Assembly: GCF_016432865.1 (NCBI RefSeq)
Contig: NC_067401.1
Coordinates: 16,368,001-16,432,000 of the forward strand
Reading direction: 5' to 3'
Source of the DNA: Antechinus flavipes
Taxonomy: Eukaryota
DNA: 64,000 nucleotides
In this document: piece by piece, positions 54,048-64,000 of the stretch
How positions within the stretch are numbered: position 1 is the first letter of the stretch
Layout: each line of letters starts with the position of its first letter
Translations under genes and position numbers: made by a program
Notes under the pieces: model-generated
What the model was told of the DNA's origin: nothing
Seen by the model: only the letters and a program-made list of their open reading frames with translations
The model's database searches: none

Positions 54048-54243
54048 GATGGAGTGGACGGAGGGCTCGGGCTCGGTGCCGGGTAGGAATAGGGCCGGTG
54101 ACTCCAACGACCTCCAGCACGCAACACGCAGATACGCAATCACGCAGTAGCCCCGTTAGGCTCCCGGAATCCAACCCCGCGAGATTTGACGCAATCGCCG
54201 GCCACGCCTCCTTTCAAACCCGACCAACCTGAACCTTGTTCAA

Positions 54244-54253
54244 TCTCGCGAGA
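54244..54253. promoter_or_regulatory. Perfect TCTCGCGAGA palindrome (BANP motif, formerly attributed to ZBTB33/Kaiso)
   Basis: ATCTCGCGAGAT at 54243-54254; degenerate copies at 54175-54184, 54267-54276 and 54346-54355. Confidence 0.75.
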
Positions 54254-54379
54254 TCAGCCTTCCAAATCTCGCAAGACTCCCGCTTTCTAGTTCTCCGCCT
54301 TCCTGCTTGCCAAGGTTGAAAGGGACGCCGCGAAGGGGACTCAAATCACGCGAGAGTTGGAAGGCGTGGTAGGATTTGG

Positions 54380-54489
54380 GCCTTGCAATCTTCGGCTGTG
54401 TGGTCCTTAGCAACCGATTGCTGGCGGAAACGGAGGAAGAAGCACCGTCAGAGGTGGAGGCAGGACCGAGAAAGAAGGGAGGGCGGGAG
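54380..54489 (+). other. STYXL1: Probable non-coding exon 1 of STYXL1 (5' end unknown)
   Basis: GC-rich segment ending in a donor-like GAG|GTACGG at 54489/54490. The first coding exon begins with an acceptor, so an upstream exon must exist. Position inferred. Confidence 0.35.
54402..54414. promoter_or_regulatory. RFX-type X-box (GGTCCTTAGCAAC)
   Basis: Strong CCTTAGCAAC half-site in the presumed STYXL1 TSS region. Confidence 0.5.
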
Positions 54490-54943
54490 GTACGGAGGGA
54501 GAGCCTGGGGATTACTAGAATAACAAAAATAGTAACAATAATGTATTAGCTAGAATAATGGTGATGATGGCAATGGTAATAAACGGCCACGAAGAGTACA
54601 AAGATGACTCGAGCCAGGGCCCACATACTGTCCCTGGGCCGAGCCGGGGGCCCAGAGTCGGCTCTGGCCAGGGGCCGTTACCGAGGGCCCTTCACACCCA
54701 GCGGGGCTTGCCTGCAGAGTCGGGGCCCCTTTTGTTTTAGACATTTTATCCCTTGCATTTAGAGCCAAGATGCTGAGAAAAGATCCTTAGGCCAGAAGGG
54801 GCTCGGACCAGCCTTGGAGGGTGGCCTAGAGCGCTGACAGGGTTTAAGTTCTTAACCAAAGTCACAGCCAGAATATTAGAGATAGGACTTGAAGCCAGAT
54901 CCTCTCAGCTTCAGGACAAATCTCTGTTACACCATCGCTGCGT

Positions 54944-54999
54944 GGTAACTAACAAGAGGTAACTAAGACACGGTAACTGACAAGCGGTAACTAATAAAA
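54944..54999 (+). repeat. Four 14-bp tandem units beginning GGTAACT
   Basis: GGTAACTAACAAGA GGTAACTAAGACAC GGTAACTGACAAGC GGTAACTAATAAAA. Confidence 0.85.
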
Positions 55000-55392
55000 G
55001 GTGATTAAAAGGGCCACGTACCGTCCAAGGACCGCATCGTGAGCGCCACAGAATCCTGCCCTCCTTTCCTCCCAGAAATCATTCACTTATCGACATACCC
55101 TTACAGATGCAACAGACGCACAGCATTAATGTAACCTGCTGAAATGGGGCGTGGGCTGAGCGCCCCCATTGTATATGTGGTCACTTATCTAGACTCAACT
55201 GGAATGTTTTCTAGGAGAGGGGTTTTTGTTTATTTTTGAAGATTTACTAAAGTGGGAGTAAATCCTGATTTCAAAACCAGCGCATGCTCCATGGCACAAT
55301 CAATTCCATTCACCAACAATGGAGCATGTGCTGATTTTGAAATCGGGATAAACTGCCACTTACTATCTGTGTGAAATGTCCTCTGGAGAGTC

Positions 55393-55393
<1 letters not shown>

Positions 55394-55436
<43 letters not shown>
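55394..55436 (+). repeat. (TG)21 microsatellite
   Basis: Direct reading. Confidence 0.97.
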
Positions 55437-55438
<2 letters not shown>

Positions 55439-56112
55439 TCTTAGCAAAGAAATGGAGATAGGACATTTTCCTATTTAGTCAATAAAGCATTTTTAAGTCC
55501 CAGGTCCTGATAAAATGACCAAAAAGTAAAACAAACTGCTGAAGAAGCTTATATTACATAGAGAACTCTTAAGACATTTTAGTTAAATTCAGTTTATGTT
55601 AACTAAAAAGATATAACCTCTCTAAACCTAAATTTAGATGGTAGATGAGACAAAGTGTTAAAAAGTCAAAATATTCTGCAGTAAAAAAGATATTAAAGTA
55701 ACAGTAGGGAATTAGAAATAGTGATCTTGACTTCTCATAAACCTGGCCTTTGTTTATTTTTTATTGTCTTGGTGAATAAGGATTTTTTAAATATTTATTT
55801 TTATTGGGCCTTTTGTTTTTATGCCTCATTAATGTCCAAACATATCTCCTCTCTTTCCCCAATGCAAATATTAGGATAGAAAAAGGAAAAAGAAGTTTAA
55901 CAACACTAATAAATTGACTATGATAGTATATACAATATGTGGAATAAGATTTTAATAAAACTGAATTGGATTTGGATAGATTAAAAATATAATTTGTCAT
56001 TTAATCTAGAGCCCCAATTGTCTTTCTGATCATTCTATAATATACCTAGTCATATATGTATCTGTACACATATATATACTATACACACATATGCATATAA
56101 GAATATTATGTG

Positions 56113-56372
56113 CATAGAACAAGTTGTTCAATCATTTTTCAGTCTTATCCAACTCTTCATGAACTCATTTGGAGTCTTCTTGGTAAAGACACTGGAGTAG
56201 TTTGCTATTTCTTTCTGTAGCTCATTTGACAGATGAGGAAACTAAGGCAAACAAGATTAAGTGACTTGCTCAGGGTCACATAGCTAATAAGTGAGGCCAA
56301 ATTTGAATTCAGGAAGATGAGTCTTTGTGCTTCCAAACCCAGTATTTTATCCACCGTACCATTTGGCTGCCC
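56113..56372 (-). mobile_element. MAR1-like CORE-SINE in STYXL1 intron 1
   Basis: Reversed tail GTTGTTCAATCATTTTTCAGTC and body ending TTTGGCTGCCCC. Confidence 0.8.
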
Positions 56373-56542
56373 CATAGCACAAGTACATTTTGCTTACTAT
56401 TTTTTGAAATCTTTATTCTTCACTGAAGATAGTGCATTATAAGTTCTTTGAAGTTGCTTCTTATGGACATTCAAATGATTCCTTGCATATCTAAATAACT
56501 TAAGCAGACATTTGAATTGAACTATTACTTCCTAGTAATGAT

Positions 56543-57292
56543 TTTTAATAGTATTTTATTTTTTCCAAATACATGCAAAGGTAGTTTTCAACACTCACTT
56601 TTGCAAAACCTTGTAGTCCAGATTTTTTTCCCTCTCTTCTCCTCTCCCATTTCCTCAACACAGCTAGTAATCTGATACAGGTTAAACAAGTGCAATTCTT
56701 CTAAACATATTCCCATATTTGTCATGCTGTGCAAGTAAAATCAGATCAAAAATGAAAAAAAATCACAAGAAAAAAAAACCAAGCAAACAACAACAACAAA
56801 GTTGAAAATACTATGCTTTGACCCACATTTAGTCTTCATAGTTCTCTTCTCTGGATGCAGATGGCTCTTTCCATCACAAGTCTTGAATCACTTCATTATT
56901 CAAAAGAGCCAAGTCTCTCACAGTTGATCATCACATAGTCTTGTTGTTGTGTATAATGCTCTCTTGGTTCTGTTCACTAAGTGTCAGTTCATTTAAATCT
57001 TTCCAGGCCTTTCTGAAATCATCCTACTCATCATTTTTTACAGAACAATAATATTCTATTATATTCACATACCATAACTTATTCAGCCATTCCCCAACTG
57101 AGGGGCAGCCATTCAGCTTCCAGTTCCTTGCCATTACAAAAAGAGCTGCTGCAAATATTCTTGCACATGTGGGGCCTTTTCCCCTTTTGAAGATCTCTTT
57201 GGGGTACAGACCCAGTAAAGACACTGCTGGATCAAAAGATAGACAGTTTTATAGCCCTTTGGACATAGTTCTAAATTGTTCTCCAGAATTAT
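56543..57292 (-). mobile_element. L1 3' fragment in STYXL1 intron 1
   Basis: ORF2 C-terminal motif SLLGLYPKEI...CARIFAAALFVMARNWKLNGCPSVGEWLNKLWY; ends just upstream of the STYXL1 acceptor; ends approximate. Confidence 0.88.
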
Positions 57293-57366
57293 TGAATTGT
57301 AAATGACTTTTTTAAGATGAAAAGAAATATATTTATAAAAGTTCCTAATTGTCCCTTCCCAATAGA

Positions 57367-57469
57367 ATGGCTGGATTCCTTTTGTGTGAACCAACAACAC
57401 TTTACAACATCCTGAATCAGGAGGCAAAGTTTTCTAGATTAGCAGAGCCCAACTATCTCTACTTACTAG
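57367..57469 (+). CDS. STYXL1: STYXL1 (MK-STYX pseudophosphatase) first coding exon
   Basis: Acceptor CCCAATAG| at 57365, then [37 protein letters not shown] matches recalled human [34 protein letters not shown]. Donor G|GTAAG; 103 coding bp. Confidence 0.95.
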
Positions 57470-60400
57470 GTAAGTTAGATATTACTTTCCTATTCATTTG
57501 TTATATAGGATTGGTCATTGAACATATATCTTGCACATGTGGGATTCTAAACTTGCCCATGTTGTGGAGAATGAATTCAGAGATGGACAAAACCAGGTCC
57601 AATAATTTCTCCTCCATGTCCAGCCTGAGCAAGAGGAGTGGAGTGGTGAAGGAACAGGTCTGGCCATAAGCTATGACAGAGATGTGTCAAGAGAGTGGTG
57701 CTGTAAATTGAGCTGGCCCAGTAGCCTGGTCTGGACGATGCCGTCTGTAAAGGTTACATGTCTGAGTGAAAGGCTAGAAGCAAGTGGGAAGTTTCTAGAG
57801 ACAAGAAGCAGTTCTCCTGAGGTGCTGAACAAGTCGGTCTCAGAGGCAGAATATGATATTGTCAGGCTCCATAGTGGGAAGCAAACGAAGATGGGCCATA
57901 CTTAGATAAAAGTCCAAGAAAGTCGGGGCCCAGAGTGGTTTAAGTTCATGCAAAAGGTATATTTTTCTAGTTTGTTTTGAATCACAATATTTGGGGAATC
58001 CTTATACATCTTGGTCTTCTGAATGAATTTTACTTGTCAACCTCTTCCAGCCATGCTTGCTTGCATCTCCTAAATGGGAAACAGTGGAGTTTGCAGGGCA
58101 GTAGCTACTTTACAGTTTGTATTTTGATAAGACATACAACAATGATCATAAAACACAATGGAGTATTGTTCATGTAAAAGATACATTTATGGATCATTGA
58201 TTTCCCACAATACTTGGGACCAAAAGAGCCAAGATTCATTGGGGGAACTTTCTGATCCGTACTCTCTCAAAGTGGGTGAAGGTGAACTCTTTCCACAATG
58301 ATGTAATCTAGTTTGGGAAGATTTTTTTTTTACCCCAAGCACTAGAGTCATTGCAGTATGAGAGGTGTAGAAAGCTAAGAGATGGAGAGGTCATAACTTA
58401 AAAGGGGCAACAGACATGGTAGTATCAGATAGAGCCATCCTGGGAAGTCAACACTATCTAGAGTCCCAATCAAAAGAAGTCATCATTCTCTAGCTTTCTG
58501 TGCCAAGAGAAGTGTTTGATCTATTGCTGTGTAGAGATTAAAAGGGCAATGATTAAAACAAAGAGCTTTGAACTCTATTTTCAACCCTGGTACCAGGTGT
58601 GATCTGGCCATTGCTTCCTTTGAGGAAATGGAAGGATTAATTAGAAAGTTAAAGAGTACCTTTCAGGGTACTGTTGGATTACCTGCCAGGATAAAACATA
58701 CATTGCTTTTCTGTTTTAATTAAATTCCTTGTGCTCTGATTTCATGTGTCACTTACTATAGACAGATAGATTAGTGGGGGTTCTGTGGACTTAAATAGAT
58801 GATAATCTTAACAGAAGTGAGTGCAAGGGATAATGTTGTAAAGAAATTTTTTTTCAAAATAAAAAAAATTAGAAAAAAACCCAATATAATGAACTGGATA
58901 TAGCCATGTCTTATTGGGACCCATTTGGGTTCCATTTCTTTTCTTTTTTTTATTAAATGAGTCTAGTTTGGTCAGGCAAAGGTTCCCTTCTCTAGAACTT
59001 CAGAACTGCTCTAGAATATTTTTATTTTATTTTATCATTTTATTTATTATTATTATTTTATTTTTATTTCTAGGCTTTAATTTGATAGCAAAATTTAACA
59101 GTACAACTCTTATAGACCAGACCAGTTGTTTTAAATAATTGTTATACTGTTGAATGCCAAAAAGTCATTGGAGTTTTGCTGAAGTGACCTTGTGGAATTC
59201 TCGTTCTAACTTACATTCTTGAATTGGGGAATAAATACCATGTTTATTCAGCTGGTAGAAAATTTGTGCAGAACTGTAGAATTTGTTCTCCATTGAGTAC
59301 TGACGCCTGACTGGCCCTTAAGGGGGATATAAAGTACTGCTTAAGGGAAATGAGAATAGCCGGAGTGTGTCAACTGCCTGAAGAAGTAGAAGATCCCAGT
59401 ATCTCCAAGGAGGTTCCTGTGATTGGGACAATTTGAGAAGTAGGTACTGAACTCTCTGTTGCTAATCAAGAGATGATAAGACATTTTAAATCCTTTTTGG
59501 TGAGAGAAAGATGAATTGGGAATGATAGAAGAAGCCTCTTGGGGGAAGCTGTCGTTCACGATTCGGCGGCTGTCCCCTCTTCAACATCTAGGAGTTCAGC
59601 GTCCACACCGTCAGTGGCCCTGTGAGTGTAGGTAGTCATGGAGGGCCTTTGTCATAAAGGCCTCATGCTCACTGCCAGGAGGGGAACTGTTTGAATGTGG
59701 GGCTCGGCTGGGATGATTTACACCCCACGCAGAGGGTGAAGGTGGGAGATTGCCCAACAGCAAAAGGACAGGGAGAGGCGAAGGATACCTGTGGTTATGT
59801 TACAGACTAGCTCCATGATTGGCTGTTGGAAAGAGGCCGGGATCCTTCCAGCCTTTGGAGAGTAGATCACTCGCCCCTAGAGTTCATGCTGAGGCCCTCA
59901 CTTTGGATACCACTCTTGTGGAAGTCAAGATTGTGACTCAGATATATCATTTGTCCTAAATGTAGCTTGTTTTTACTCATATTATTGTTTTTAAAAGTTT
60001 CGTTGGGGAGGAAGTGTCACAGGATGATAATGGTCCTCAAGTCTGACCCCCTCGTTCTACTGAGGTAGCTGAGGGTCATCCCCAGTCTCATCTAGTTTGT
60101 TACAGAAGAACAATAAGCCTAAGCCTTCTAATTCCCTGTCCAGCAAGAAGCAGGCTCCAGAAGGGTTTATTTCAGAGACAGTTTGGAAAAGCTGCAGGAA
60201 ATAAATTGTGTAATTCTGGGAATGGAGGGGAAAGTTGAAACCTGGGGATCCTCTAATAGAAATTCAAGCCCACTGCTTGATGGGATGGAGCCAGAGTGAT
60301 CTCCCTCAACAAGAAAAGGTGAGGCAGGCAAAAGCCAGCAGAGGAACAAATTCATGAGAGGGTTTTCACTTTTTGCATCGAGATGTCCTGAATTCTGGTG

Positions 60401-60800
60401 TAGGTGAAGAAAAAAAGAATATTGTAAATTCACTTCCATTCCATAAGCATCTCTTCCATTTAAGGAAACAAGCATATTTCCTTACTTTTTTTAAGGAAAA
60501 TGGAAACCGATCCTGCCCTCAAGAAGCTTACACTCTGCTGAGGGAAAACCCTATGTCCGCCAAGGGTAAAAGTCCCACTTTCTGGGCAGGCAAACCCTGG
60601 TGAGTGGGAGGATCCAGAAAGGCTTTAGTGCTTGAGTGAGGCTTCCGATCCCCAGGGATGTGAGTGACAAGGGACAGTGTTCCAGGATATAGAGTGTGTA
60701 GTGCAAACCGCACAAAACCATTCAACCAGGAGAGCTGACACTGCTGGCTCCGGCTCTCCTGCATCAACCTCAGTGACTGTTACCTGCTTTCCATTTTCAG

Positions 60801-60862
60801 ATGTCCGAACCAAGCGAGAATATGATGAAAGCCACATCATCACAGCTCAGAGGATGAAACAG
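60801..60862 (+). CDS. STYXL1: STYXL1 second coding exon (rhodanese/CH2 domain)
   Basis: CCATTTTCAG| acceptor; phase-compatible DVRTKREYDESHIITAQRMKQ (recalled human [21 protein letters not shown]); donor CAG|GTACT; 62 bp. The next exon was not found in the window. Confidence 0.95.
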
Positions 60863-61854
60863 GTACTTTGTGGGGCTGCAGGATCTGACCTTTGTAGTCA
60901 ACCCTGGGTCTCCCTTTGTTTCTCCTCTCCCTTCTCATCATGCTGTGGTGGACAGACCCAAGGCTCGAAATCAGAGCTGCTGGCCCTATCCCACACAACT
61001 CCATGAGCCTCAGTTTCCTCATCTTTAATATGGAGGTGATAATATTTATGTTACTTCCCTTAATATATTCTGTTCCAGTCAGACCAGCCTGCCTGGTTAT
61101 TCCCTGAATAATATATAATTCTGTATAGACTTATATCTATTTAGCTTGTTTCTTCAATAGAATATCAGCCCACTGAGAATAGGAACTATTTCATTTCTTT
61201 TTTGTTTTTTAATCTCAAGGCCTTAGCTCAGTGCCTTTCCCTTAATGCCTATGGGATTGAATTGAATTGAATTGGGATGATCTTAAAATAGTATGAGATA
61301 ATGGAAGTAAAGTGCTTTGTAAACACAAAGTGCTATATAAATGTCAAATAATTTACTTCTAATAAAAGAGATGAATAGGAAGCTAGAAGGACAGGCACCG
61401 CTGAAATTTTTTTGGTGCCTCTATATTTGATTTAGTAGTAAAAGTCTTTCACACCATTAATGATAAAGTACAACATCAGAGATGAAGAAAAAAACTGTTC
61501 CCAAGGACAATCTCAGCTGAAGGCACAAATGGGAATTTTTCTACCTTCTCCATTTGCTGCTGGAGTTGTTTAATATTTAAGGTGAGATCATGAGCACGTT
61601 CTCTCAGTTTGGGACAGATGCCACAAAGGACTTTCGCAAACATATTCAGCCTTTTTCTCCTTAAATGTAGAATTGATCAGAATAAACAAAACAAAGCCAG
61701 GACCAAAGAACAAATATGACTACTAAAATGTCATCATACTTGCTTTTTTAATGTTTTACTTACCTTTTTCAGGCTTAGTATTTATTATACTTCTTTTTCA
61801 TGTATATATTCATATATGTGTACACTGTCATCATCAATAGAATATAACATTCTT

Positions 61855-62628
61855 GAGGACAGGTTCTCTCACTTTTGAGGACAGGTTTCTCATTTTTGAG
61901 GATAGGTTCTCTCATTTTTGAGGACAGGTTCTCTCACTTTTGAGGACAGGTTCTCTCACTTTTGAGGACAGGTTTCTTATTTTTGAGGATAGGTTCTCTC
62001 ACTTTTGAGGACAGGTTCTCTCACTTTTGAGGACAGGTTCTCTCACTTTTGAGGACAGGTTTCTTATTTTTGAGGACAGGTTTCTCATTTTTGAGGACAG
62101 GTTCTCTCACTTTTGAGGACAGGTTCTCTCACTTTTGAGGACAGGTTTCTTATTTTTGAGGACAGGTTCTCTCACTTTTGAGGACAGGTTCTCTCACTTT
62201 TGAGGACAGGTTCTCTCACTTTTGAAGACAGGTTTCTCATTTTTGAGGACAGGTTCTCTCATTTTTGAGGACAGGTTCTCTCATTTTTGAGGACAGGTTC
62301 TCTCAGTTTTGAGGACAGGTTCTCTCACTTTTGAGGACAGGGATTCTCACTTTTGAGGACAGATTCTCTCACTTTTGAGGACAGGTTCTTTCACTTTTGA
62401 GGACAGGTTCTCTCATTTTTGAGGACAAGTTCTCTCACTTTTGAGGACAGATTTCTCATTTTTGAGGACAAGTTCTCTCACTTTTGAGGACAGGTTTCTC
62501 ATTTTTGAGGATAAGTTCTCTCACTTTTGAGGACAGGGATTCTCATTTTTGAGGACAAGTTCTCTCACTTTTGAGGACAGGTTTCTCATTTTTGAGGACA
62601 AGTTCTCTCACTTTTGAGGACAGGTTCT
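61855..62628 (+). repeat. Minisatellite, 36 units of 21/22 bp (GAGGACAGGTTCTCTCACTTTT / GAGGACAGGTTTCTCATTTTT)
   Basis: Unit starts counted by hand from 61855 to 62616; one further degenerate unit follows the LTR at about 63209-63250. Confidence 0.97.
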
Positions 62629-63208
62629 TGTTGGAATCTTTACAAAGTGATAAGTCAATTGCCTAATTTATCTTGGTACTTAGCAAATTCTCTAGCTCAC
62701 TAATGTATTTAAGTACTCAATGGAGTTCATACTTTTGGGAGATTCACAAGTCAGAAACCCATAATCCTACTCTCAGATCCCATAATTCCACTCTCTCAGA
62801 GGAGGAGTCAACCTTTGGGAGATCATATATAAGAAGCTCTTGAAGCTTCAGTCAGTTAGTTTGGAAGATTGACAGAGAGGGGAGCACTCTGGGAGGAAGC
62901 TCGCTTTCTGAGGTGGAGTGAGATTCATTCCATTTTCCACCTCTGTGCTGGCTGGAGGCTGAAGGACAAACCTTTGGATTTGGAGACATTCGGAAGGAGC
63001 TCTTGCAACCAACCAGAGAGATAGGCCACCAAGAAAACTAACCGGGCTATTTTGGAGGAAGCAATAAAAGATCTGAACTTTTAATATCTGGCTGCATTTG
63101 GGGTGATTATCACTCTGAACCGAAACTAAGGCTGCCTCCAGAAAACCTCCCCAAGAAACCTGCTCTCAGAGAGAACCATTATATTATATAAAAGAAGAGA
63201 ACACCACA
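62629..63208 (+). mobile_element. Solo ERV LTR (580 bp)
   Basis: TGT...ACA termini; GGTTCT duplicated at 62623-62628 and 63209-63214; TATATAA at 62826-62832; AATAAA at 63063-63068. Confidence 0.88.
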
Positions 63209-64000
63209 GGTTCTCTCATTTTTGAAGCCAGGGATTTTCATTTTTGTTTTTAAGAGAAAGAGATTGTGATTTCACCCCCTGCCCTTCAGCATAGCTATGG
63301 CAATCCCAGATGTAATCAACCAGATGAAGTTGTAATATGTGAGCAGGATGAGTTTAAGTATGAGTTGTGTGCATCTCAAGAGGGGATTTCAGATAGCTGA
63401 AGGAATTTCAGCAGGTTGCTAAGCCAGTGGAACGGGATTCCTAGATGCAAGATTGCAACAAGGAGTAGAAAGATCAGGTCCCTAAAAGGGAATCACTTTT
63501 GGAGGTAGTTGAGGTTAAGTGACTTGTCCAGAGCCACATAGCTAATAAATATCAAGTGTCTGAAGCTGGTTAAAAAAATCAGGTCCTTGTGACTCTTATC
63601 CACTAAGGATCACTCTTGGAGAGTGTCTCCTCTGTCTCCTCTACTGGAGGGATGTCACTGTATCCATCTAAGAACAGAGGAATCCCAAGGACAGATGGAT
63701 GTGGAAGGCAGACACTTAAGGAAAGAGAGGAATGCCAGATGTGGACTCCAGGAAGAATGTCTAGTGCCAGGACCCAGGAGCTATCCTTATGCTGCAAGAC
63801 TTCCCCACATGAATATCTCACCACTCCAAGACTGAACCCAGTCTTCCCATGGCCGCCATTAATCTATGGCCTTTGATTAAGGCCTTCCAAAGCAATCTGA
63901 ACAACACATGAATTTATCAGCCCAGAAATAAGGAAAGAGTGCTCCAAGATTTTGGGGGAAATGTACCAACAGTCCTTGCTAAGCATGTGTGGTGAATGCC

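Noticed and set aside
61855-62628. CRISPR-like array
   Set aside because: Head-to-tail tandem units with no unique spacers, in a mammalian intron

Overview
Eukaryotic genomic DNA, most likely from a marsupial (probably a dasyurid). That call is inferred from WSINE1-like and MAR1-like SINEs and the L1 3' ends, not from a database search. The window holds the complete 9-exon MDH2 gene on the minus strand (CDS 54047 to 39720; 1017 nt; 338 aa; all introns GT-AG). MDH2 is head-to-head with STYXL1 on the plus strand across a CpG-island bidirectional promoter; only the first two STYXL1 coding exons are in the window (57367-57469, 60801-60862). By human/mouse synteny the left 39 kb should be the 5' region of SRRM3, but no SRRM3 coding exon is visible. 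The rest is SINE/LINE/LTR remnants, microsatellites, polypurine tracts and three N gaps. I do not see a new multi-gene biological system. The most interesting items are: (1) a rearranged mitochondrial insertion (ND5 fragment fused out of order to an ATP8-like start, ~7.9 kb); (2) a 36-unit 21/22-bp minisatellite, apparently amplified from an L2 tail, with a solo LTR (TG...CA, 6-bp TSD) inserted in its last unit, in sense within a STYXL1 intron; (3) a canonical REST/RE1 motif formed inside an L2 remnant at 13.9 kb; (4) four clustered TCTCGCGAGA-type (BANP) motifs plus an RFX X-box in the shared promoter.
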